17,853 bases of DNA from an uncultured bacterium (lineage in GTDB: Bacteria > Krumholzibacteriota > Krumholzibacteriia > LZORAL124-64-63). The notes beneath the pieces are model-generated. The model did no database searches, was not told where the DNA came from, and saw only the letters and a program-made list of their open reading frames with translations. The stretch covers positions 1 to 17,853 of the forward strand of contig CAVSZB010000009.1 in the NCBI GenBank assembly GCA_963732385.1, given 5' to 3'. The position numbers and the translations under genes were made by a program. This document shows, one piece after another, positions 1 through 6,735 of this stretch (within the stretch, counting starts at the first letter, position 1; every line of letters starts with the position of its first letter).

Positions 1-107
1 CAGGGCGAAATCACTCTCTGTGGGGCTGTCAACTTTGGGCGTGTATCCGGGGGGCGGATCTGGTGCGCGGTAAGTGGCGGGATGCCATAGCGGCACCGGC
101 CGTCTCC

Positions 108-146
108 AACAAAGAGGGCGCCGTCGCCGTGGCCGGCGCCCATTTT
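108..146 (-). terminator. Probable intrinsic terminator of the cytochrome-porin operon (possibly bidirectional)
   Basis: On the minus strand, GGGCGCCG-(10 nt)-CGGCGCCC is followed by TCTTTGTT, about 20 nt after the porin stop. A T-run (ATTTT) also follows the stem on the plus strand. Confidence 0.6.
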
Positions 147-166
147 GTCGGGTCGGGCGAGGGGGT

Positions 167-2182
167 TCAGAACCGCCCGGTGAAGGATAGGCCGTAGAGG
201 TCGGCGGTGTAGTCGTCGTCGGAGACGGCGGTGAAATCGGTGCGGCGCCAGGTGGCGCTGAGGGCCAGGCGCGGGGTGAGGGCGCCGGTGAGGCGGGAGT
301 ACCAGCGGTCGGAATCGTTGGCCAGGTCGTCGCGGTTGCGGACCCGTTCGTAATGGGTCTCGAGTTCCCAGCCGTGGAGGGGGCGCAGCACGGCGCCGGG
401 TGAGAGACGGGAGGTCGTGCCCTTGTAGGTGGCCGGGTTGGTGACGTAGGGATCGACGGCCGCGGGCGGCAGCGGACCGGCGAGGCCGTACTCCTCCACG
501 CCGTAGGCGAACGAACCGAACAGGGACAGACGAGGCAGCGGCGTCCAGGTGCCGGTGCCGAACAGGCGGTGCGCGTCCCAGCTGCTGCCGCCGCCGGTGG
601 TATCGAGGCGCGTGAAGTCCTCGTCGATCAGTTCGGCCCCGGCGTCGAGATCGAGGTTGCCGGCGAGGCGGGCCCGGGCGGTCACCTCGGCGCGCAGCTT
701 CTCCCAGGAGCGGTCTCCCTGCGCGTACTGGCCCACGAGCGCGGTCTGATGTTCATCCACATTCTCGTGCCGGTACTCCACCCGGCCGGCGGCGCTCAGC
801 CGGCCGGACAGGCGTCGGCGCAACTTGAGGGCGAGCAGGTCGAGTGCCCGTTCGCGCTCGCCCGACTGCGCCCGCAGCAGCACGTTGCCGCCGACGAATT
901 CGTCGAGGGAGATCGTGTTGGAAGTTTCGTCCGTGATTTCGTGGCGCCAGTCGGCGTTGAGCACCGTGCCGTGCCGACCGGCGTGCTGGAAACCGAGGTT
1001 GTACACCTGCCGCGTGCGCTGCTTCTCGTAGCTGCTGCGCGTGCCGGTGAACGACTGTGCGTCGCGGACGAGCGTGGTCAGCCCCTCCTGATCCAGCTGC
1101 TGCAGCCGCGCCCCCAGGCGCAGCCGCGCTCCGGCCCATGGCCGCCAGACGAGCGTCGCCGCGCCGCTGTGCGCGCGGGCGCTGACCGCGATGGCGTCCG
1201 CGACGGCATCGCCGGACACGCTCGTGAGCGGCGTCTCCGTCAGGCTTTCGCGCGGGCGCGAGAAACGCCCCAGGTAGCCGTAGCCGCCGAGCAGCGTCAC
1301 GCGCGGCGTCGCCTCCCAGGCGCCGCCGGCGCGCACCGTCCAGGTACGGCGCTCATCGTCCCGGGCGTGGCGGTCGGTGAAAACCGTCGGGTCGGCCCGC
1401 CAGGTGGTCGTGGCGGCGCGGTCGCCGCCGTCACTCTGGAACTCCGCGTTCCAGTCGAGCGCCAGCCGGGCGCCGTCGTGCGTGCCGCCGAACCAGACGC
1501 GACGGGTCAGGATGTTGCGATCGAGCGCCGTAGGGGCGCCGAAGAGGTACGGTTCGCCGAGCAGGCCGCGTCCGAGCGAGGCGCGGGTCCCCTCCTGGCC
1601 GATGTGCTCGAAGCCGGCGCGCAGGCGCCACCCCGGGGCGACCCGGCGCGACCAGTCGATGCCGGCCATGGCCCAGCGGACGAGCGGATCGCCGCGGAAG
1701 CGACGCAGTTCGGGGTCGGCCAGGTACGGGTCGTTCGCCGTCGGATCGTCGTAGTGCGTCAGCCGGTGGTAGAAGATGCGATAGCGGCAGCCGTCCGGGT
1801 TCACCGCGGCGAAGACGAAGCTGCCCGGCATCCGGTCGTCGGTCGACAGTCGTCCCCGCAGCGTGAAGCGGCGGTCATCGCCGGCGGTGCCCCGCGCGTC
1901 GAACAGCGTGAAGCCGCGCCAGTCGTCGACCAGTCCCTCGTCCTGCGCCAGCATGGCGGCGCTCCCGGCGCGGTCGAGCCACGAAGCGCCGACGGTGATC
2001 CGCTCCGGCGCGCCGCCGGACGAGTCGCCCGGCGCGCCCCAGATCCGGCCGTACTCGACCGCCGACTGGGCGGCGGCCGCTCCCGGCAGCAGCAGCAGCA
2101 GGCAGCCAAACCCCGACGCCCGCAACCGGGCCGGCGCGGCGGCGAGGCAGCCCCTCCTTCTGGACAGGCATCCGTGTCTCAT
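167..2182 (-). CDS. mtrB: Outer-membrane beta-barrel protein, MtrB/PioB-like porin partner of the decaheme cytochrome
   Basis: 671 aa with an N-terminal signal peptide (LLLLLPGAAAA|Q), alternating amphipathic beta-strand pattern and C-terminal BAM-type signature YGLSFTGRF. It lies 12 nt downstream of an MtrA/DmsE-type gene, with an AGGAG RBS overlapping that gene's TAG. Size matches MtrB-family porins. The family call rests mainly on synteny. Confidence 0.75.
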   Translation of the reverse strand: MRHGCLSRRRGCLAAAPARLRASGFGCLLLLLPGAAAAQSAVEYGRIWGAPGDSSGGAPERITVGASWLDRAGSAAMLAQDEGLVDDWRGFTLFDARGTAGDDRRFTLRGRLSTDDRMPGSFVFAAVNPDGCRYRIFYHRLTHYDDPTANDPYLADPELRRFRGDPLVRWAMAGIDWSRRVAPGWRLRAGFEHIGQEGTRASLGRGLLGEPYLFGAPTALDRNILTRRVWFGGTHDGARLALDWNAEFQSDGGDRAATTTWRADPTVFTDRHARDDERRTWTVRAGGAWEATPRVTLLGGYGYLGRFSRPRESLTETPLTSVSGDAVADAIAVSARAHSGAATLVWRPWAGARLRLGARLQQLDQEGLTTLVRDAQSFTGTRSSYEKQRTRQVYNLGFQHAGRHGTVLNADWRHEITDETSNTISLDEFVGGNVLLRAQSGERERALDLLALKLRRRLSGRLSAAGRVEYRHENVDEHQTALVGQYAQGDRSWEKLRAEVTARARLAGNLDLDAGAELIDEDFTRLDTTGGGSSWDAHRLFGTGTWTPLPRLSLFGSFAYGVEEYGLAGPLPPAAVDPYVTNPATYKGTTSRLSPGAVLRPLHGWELETHYERVRNRDDLANDSDRWYSRLTGALTPRLALSATWRRTDFTAVSDDDYTADLYGLSFTGRF

Positions 2183-2194
2183 GGGGCGGCGCTC

Positions 2195-3145
2195 CTAGGG
2201 CTTCCGGTAGGTTTCATCAACGTTCGAGCCGTGGACCTCGACGTGGCAGTCGTAGCAGCGCGCCCGCCGCCCGAGGAACGCGGCATGGTCGGTCTGTCCG
2301 ATCACCGGGTAGCCCGGCTCGTGGTGGCAGCGCAGACAGAGCGAATTGCTGTCGGTGAGGAGCAGCCGGTCGTTGGGCGACCCGTGCGGACGGTGACAGA
2401 CCGTGCACGGCTCGGTGACGACCGCCTCGTGCTCGAAGACGAACGGTCCGGCCACCTCCGCGTGGCAGCGCAGGCAGGGACGCGCCTCGTCGTTGAGCGC
2501 CGACACGCCGCTCTGCTCGCCGTGCGGCGCGTGGCAGTCCACGCAGCCGATCTCCCCCTCGAGCACCGGATGGTGGTACTGCAGGCGGAAGTCGGCCAGC
2601 TGGCCCGGATGGCACTGGAGGCAGAACTCGCCGGCGATCCGGAAGGCCGCCTGGGGGCGATACCCCCTGGCGAAGTGCGCCTGGTCCGCGTGGCACTCGG
2701 CGCAGGAGGCGGTCGAGCCGGCGTGCGGGTTCTCCTCCCAGGAACGCTTCAGGCCGGTGTGGCACTGGAGGCAAAGGTCGGCGCGGACATCGGGCGACAG
2801 CGAACCGAGGGCGGCAACGCCGAGGACCGGTCCGGCGCCCCCCGCTTCCACGTGCAGGCTGCCGGGGCCATGGCATGCTTCGCAGAGGCCGGGGCCGTTG
2901 CCGGGGACCATGGTCCGGCGCCCGAGCGCATGCGGAGTGCCTCGATAGTACTCCGCCACCTCGGCGTGACACTCGGCGCACGCCTCGGAACCGACGAAAG
3001 AGGCTCCCGGCGGCGGCGCCGGGCGGTCGGCGACGCCGGCCACGGCCACGGCCACGGCCAAAACCAAGGCCGACACCGCCAGCGCCCCTGGCAGGATCCC
3101 GCCACGCAGGCTCCCGGCGCGGTTGTGCGCAGTCATCCCGCTCAC
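2195..3145 (-). CDS. mtrA: Periplasmic decaheme cytochrome c, MtrA/DmsE/PioA family
   Basis: Ten CxxCH motifs (CAECH, CEACH, CLQCH, CAECH, CLQCH, CVDCH, CLRCH, CTVCH, CLRCH, CYDCH). Family-typical strings include CEACHGPGSLH, HHPVLEG, GPFVFEH, CHRPHGS and C-terminal CHVEVHGSN. It has a hydrophobic signal peptide. The GTG start at 3145 overlaps the upstream TGA (GTGA); an alternative ATG is at 3136. Confidence 0.9.
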   Translation of the reverse strand: MSGMTAHNRAGSLRGGILPGALAVSALVLAVAVAVAGVADRPAPPPGASFVGSEACAECHAEVAEYYRGTPHALGRRTMVPGNGPGLCEACHGPGSLHVEAGGAGPVLGVAALGSLSPDVRADLCLQCHTGLKRSWEENPHAGSTASCAECHADQAHFARGYRPQAAFRIAGEFCLQCHPGQLADFRLQYHHPVLEGEIGCVDCHAPHGEQSGVSALNDEARPCLRCHAEVAGPFVFEHEAVVTEPCTVCHRPHGSPNDRLLLTDSNSLCLRCHHEPGYPVIGQTDHAAFLGRRARCYDCHVEVHGSNVDETYRKP

Positions 3146-4260
3146 CGCCCCGCGGCCAGGGTCTTGCGGCCGGTGGAGTGGATCGTCCCCGCGTACTGCG
3201 CGGCCCAGGCCCGGTCCTCGCCGGTGTGGCAGGCGAGGCAGGCGAAGTCCGTGGTCAGGTAGCCGTTGGCGAAGGTCTGCCCCTCCGCCGTATAGAACTG
3301 CGCCGCGTCGGCAGCGGGGTTGATGCGGAAAAGGTGCGCGCGGACGTCACCGCGGAACGGCGAGCCGGCAACGGCCGACTTCGTCGCGTAGGGCAGGTGG
3401 CAGTTGACACAGGTGTGCGCGCCATCACCGGTGTTGTAGATCTCGATATCGCCGTGGCAGTTCTCGCACTGCAAAACGACCCCCTGCGCCACCGCCTGGT
3501 GCGTCGTCGAATGCGGATCGTGACAGGCGACGCAGGTCAGCGTGTTGTGGGCGCCACCGAGCAGTTCGTCGTACTGAGCGTTGTTGCGGATGAAGCCGTC
3601 GGCCGCCTCGATCCGGTGGGCGGAATCGCCGCGGGAGTGGCACTCGCCGCACAGGCCGGCGTCACGGTCCAGCGCGATGTCGCTGGCCAGTTGCGACAAC
3701 GCGTGCGCACCGCCCGCGCCGTGGCAGCGCTCGCAATTGACCCCGTCCTGCAGCCAGGCACCGGCCAGCCCCGGCAAACCGCCCTGGTTCCCGTCCCCGG
3801 TGACGCCGGTGGCGTGGCAACGGGCACAGGTGAAGGCAAGGTTTGCCGCGTCCGGCTCGAACGGCCCGAAAACGAATGTCGCCAGGTTCCACTGCGCTGC
3901 GGCGCCGGTCAGGAGATACCCCTGACGGTCGACGAACCCGGCCTTCCACCCATGGCCGCCGATCACATAGAGGATATCGTTCCAGCCGCTGCCGGCAGGC
4001 GGGGTGGGCACGGCCGAGTACGGGAACAGGGGCGCGCGCTCGTCGACCACCCGGCTCAGCGCGAAGGCATGCCCGCTGTTGGCGAACAGCGCATACTCGG
4101 ACTGGTGGCAGGAACGGCAGGCCTGCGGACCGACATAGGCATGCTCGAGCGTGACCTCGCCCGGCAGGCGCACCGGCTCGATATCGTCCTCACACCCGAC
4201 CACCAGTGGCAGGATTCCGAGCGCCACGACCAAGCCGAGCGCGAACCTGAGGCGGATCAT
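3142..4260 (-). CDS. Octaheme c-type cytochrome lipoprotein
   Basis: ATG at 4260 is preceded by a GGAGGG RBS. Signal peptide ends in lipobox LVVG-C23. Eight CxxCH motifs (CRSCH, CARCH, CERCH, CGECH, CVACH, CENCH, CVNCH, CLACH) in 372 aa. First gene of the operon. Confidence 0.88.
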   Translation of the reverse strand: MIRLRFALGLVVALGILPLVVGCEDDIEPVRLPGEVTLEHAYVGPQACRSCHQSEYALFANSGHAFALSRVVDERAPLFPYSAVPTPPAGSGWNDILYVIGGHGWKAGFVDRQGYLLTGAAAQWNLATFVFGPFEPDAANLAFTCARCHATGVTGDGNQGGLPGLAGAWLQDGVNCERCHGAGGAHALSQLASDIALDRDAGLCGECHSRGDSAHRIEAADGFIRNNAQYDELLGGAHNTLTCVACHDPHSTTHQAVAQGVVLQCENCHGDIEIYNTGDGAHTCVNCHLPYATKSAVAGSPFRGDVRAHLFRINPAADAAQFYTAEGQTFANGYLTTDFACLACHTGEDRAWAAQYAGTIHSTGRKTLAAGR

Positions 4261-4412
4261 GATTCCCTCCCTGGAAAACGGTCCCCGGTCGCCAGCGGGC
4301 TCCCGGTGGCGCTGCCGCCGCAAGGCGACCCTGAACCCGCGCGGCCACGGCCGTCCTGGCGCAGGCTCCGGAGCTGATCCTCAGCAATCGCTATTCCTAG
4401 CGGACATGTGGG

Positions 4413-4441
4413 ATCTTGAAAACCGGGCTGAAGGGTGTCAA
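4413..4441 (-). promoter_or_regulatory. Putative sigma70 promoter for the octaheme-mtrA-mtrB operon
   Basis: Minus strand TTGACA (4441-4436), 17 bp spacer, then CAAGAT (4418-4413). The -35 is a perfect match and the -10 is partial. Confidence 0.5.
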
Positions 4442-4627
4442 GCGCAATGTCCTGCCGAGGCCGACGATATCGGATGCCGGCACTCCGCTTTCGCTCCACT
4501 TTTGAGTTTACCCCGGCCGCCGTCCGCCGATGATCATACTTGGTTGATAGGATTTCACCCCACCGTCGCGGTCACGCCATCTCGCCGGCCGCGACGACGG
4601 GCGGATACCTCAGCAGGAGGCGGATCC

Positions 4628-6550
4628 ATGTTCAGACGCTGGATGCTGGTGCTGCTCGGCTGCACCGTCCTGATGATCGGCCTCTCGTCGTGCGACGACG
4701 ATCAGGACACGACAGGTCCTGGAACGCAGCCGCTCATTTCCCAGATCACGGCCACTGCGACAATCGTCGATGCCGGCGGCCAGGTCACGCTCACGGTCAG
4801 CGCCTCCGGCACCGATCTGACCTGGCTCTGGACCGCCAGCGGCGGCACCTTCGACAGTCCGACGACCGCGTCGACCCTCTGGACCGCCCCCGCCGCCCCC
4901 GGCGTCTACCTGGTGTCGGTCACCGCCGCCGCCACGAACAACCTCACCGCGACCTCGAGCCGGGCGATCGGCGTCGAGATCGGGCTGCAGGTCTCGGCGG
5001 CCACCGCGTCGGTCCGGATCGCCAACCAGACCCGCATCGCGGCGCTGGCCGTCGGCGACGACCTGACCTATCAGTGGACCACCACCGCCGGCACGCTGAC
5101 CCAGGTCACGCCCGACACCGTGCTATGGCGCGCGCCCGAAGCGGTGCCGACCCAGAACCCGCGCGTGCAGGTCGTGGTGACGGACGGCTCGGGCAACGCC
5201 CGCACGGAAGCGGTCGAACTGCAGGTCACGGCCTATCTTCCGACCGACGCTCCGGTCTACCGCGGCGACGCCTACTGCGGGCTGTGCCACGTCGGCACGC
5301 ACGCGAACTGGTCAACCACTGCCCACAAGACGGCGTACGAAACGCTGGCCGCGATCGGCATGGGCCAGAACGCCTACTGCCTCGGCTGCCACACCGTCGG
5401 CTCCGTCGGCCTGGACGCGGATCCGGCCCTCGACAACGGGGGCTACGACGAGATTCCGATCGCAGCGCTGCGCGGCGTGCAGTGCGAGAACTGCCACGGA
5501 CCGGGCGGCAACCACCCCGGCACGCAGCCGACACTGCCGGTCAGTTTCGCGGCCGAAACCTGCGGCGACTGCCACAACGGCGCGCACCACCCGTTCTACG
5601 ACGAGTGGGCCGGCTCCGGCCACGGCAACTCCGACCTGCTCGACGGCGGCTCGCCGGCCCGCAACCGCTCCTGCGCGAAGTGCCACAACGGACTCAACGC
5701 CGCCACCTACCTCGACAATCCGCCCGGGTTCGTCAACCCGGCGACCAACCCCACCGTGGCCGGCAAAATCAACTGCCAGACCTGCCACTCGTCGCACGGC
5801 ACCGAGAACCGGGCCGACCTGCGCAACGCCGCCGCCACCGACGTCGTTTTGCCCGACGGCTCGGTCATCCCGCAGGCCGGCGCGGGGCGTCTCTGCATGG
5901 CGTGCCACAACGGGCGCCGCACTCTCACGAACATCACCGACCAGCTGAACAACGGCACCGCCCACCTCGGTCCGCACCACAGTTGCCAGGGCGACATGCT
6001 GGCCGGAACCGGCGCCAACGAGGCGATCAATCCCGGCTTCCCCTGGGGATCGAGCACCCATCTCCAGATCCAGGACGGCTGCGTGAGCTGCCACACGCAC
6101 GCCAAAGCGAACGACGTCGATGCCGGCGTGCCGAACTACACCGGGCATGACTTCCAGCCCACGGTCGAGGCGTGCCAGACGTGCCACGGCGCGATCAGCG
6201 CTTTCAGCGACGTCGCGGCGATCGCCGATTACGACGACGACGGCGAGGTCGAGGGGATCCAATTCGAGGTTGCCGGGCTGATCGAGACCCTGCACGAGAC
6301 GATCCTCGACCGCAGCGACTCCCCGGAGCAGCGCCAGGCGCTCGTGGACGACTACGAGGCAAGCATCGGCGATATCACCATCTCGAACATCGCCCAGCGC
6401 AACGCCGCCTACAACCTGGCCTTCGTGGAGTTCGACGCCAGCCACGGCGTGCATAACGCCAAGTACGCCATTCAGTTGTTGCAGCAGAGCATCCTGTATC
6501 TCGCGCCACCCGAAAAGGTCACGCGGCATTGGAAGCTGCTGCTCGACTAG
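4628..6550 (+). CDS. Nonaheme c-type cytochrome lipoprotein with two N-terminal Ig/PKD-like domains
   Basis: AGGAGG RBS at 4615-4620 and ATG at 4628, giving 640 aa. Lipobox LSS-C22. Two Thr/Val-rich beta-sandwich repeats (DLTWLWTASGGTF..LWTAP and DLTYQWTTTAGTL..LWRAP). Nine CxxCH motifs (CGLCH, CLGCH, CENCH, CGDCH, CAKCH, CQTCH, CMACH, CVSCH, CQTCH). Helical C-terminus with DASHGVHNAKYAIQLLQQSI. Confidence 0.88.
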   Translation: MFRRWMLVLLGCTVLMIGLSSCDDDQDTTGPGTQPLISQITATATIVDAGGQVTLTVSASGTDLTWLWTASGGTFDSPTTASTLWTAPAAPGVYLVSVTAAATNNLTATSSRAIGVEIGLQVSAATASVRIANQTRIAALAVGDDLTYQWTTTAGTLTQVTPDTVLWRAPEAVPTQNPRVQVVVTDGSGNARTEAVELQVTAYLPTDAPVYRGDAYCGLCHVGTHANWSTTAHKTAYETLAAIGMGQNAYCLGCHTVGSVGLDADPALDNGGYDEIPIAALRGVQCENCHGPGGNHPGTQPTLPVSFAAETCGDCHNGAHHPFYDEWAGSGHGNSDLLDGGSPARNRSCAKCHNGLNAATYLDNPPGFVNPATNPTVAGKINCQTCHSSHGTENRADLRNAAATDVVLPDGSVIPQAGAGRLCMACHNGRRTLTNITDQLNNGTAHLGPHHSCQGDMLAGTGANEAINPGFPWGSSTHLQIQDGCVSCHTHAKANDVDAGVPNYTGHDFQPTVEACQTCHGAISAFSDVAAIADYDDDGEVEGIQFEVAGLIETLHETILDRSDSPEQRQALVDDYEASIGDITISNIAQRNAAYNLAFVEFDASHGVHNAKYAIQLLQQSILYLAPPEKVTRHWKLLLD

Positions 6551-6578
6551 CCCGGCACGCCAACGTACCGTGTCACCG

Positions 6579-6611
6579 GGAGCCGGACCCCGCGGTCCGG
6601 CTCCTGCGTTT
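6579..6611 (+). terminator. Intrinsic terminator after the nonaheme cytochrome gene
   Basis: Perfect 11-bp stem GGAGCCGGACC-ccgc-GGTCCGGCTCC followed by TGCGTTT, 28 nt after the stop. Confidence 0.7.
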
Positions 6612-6658
6612 GCCGGCGTCCAGCTCCGCCACCGCGCCATCGCCACCGGCCGGCTATG

Positions 6659-6667
6659 TGCTATATT
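6659..6667 (+). promoter_or_regulatory. Putative extended -10 promoter element for the S1 gene
   Basis: TGcTATATT (TGn + TATAAT-like) in a locally AT-rich patch about 70 nt upstream of the S1 ATG. Confidence 0.4.
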
Positions 6668-6735
6668 CATGAGTCAGAGAAACCGGCCGCCCGGAGGGCG
6701 GCGACCTGCGCTGGATCCAGGGAAAGGGACACGAG

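Noticed and set aside
3039..3060. Short tandem repeat (GCCACG)x3
   Set aside because: It simply encodes the Ala-Val repeats of the decaheme signal peptide.
569..3262. 897-aa plus-strand ORF
   Set aside because: Antisense shadow of the mtrA/mtrB-like genes. It has no motifs, and long antisense ORFs are expected at high GC.
4544..4558. Possible FNR/CRP box TTGATAGGATTTCAC between the divergent cytochrome genes
   Set aside because: Only the left half-site TTGAT matches. The right half does not fit ATCAA at the required spacing.
4151..4627. N-terminal 159-aa extension of the nonaheme ORF in the ORF track
   Set aside because: It overlaps the divergent gene and promoter. The AGGAGG RBS and signal peptide place the start at 4628.
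4261..4627. c-di-GMP/cGAMP (GEMM) riboswitch
   Set aside because: The conserved GEMM-I elements could not be identified on either strand by eye.
4628..6550. Calling the nonaheme or octaheme a nitrite reductase (NrfA/ONR)
   Set aside because: Neither has the Lys-ligated CxxCK active-site motif.
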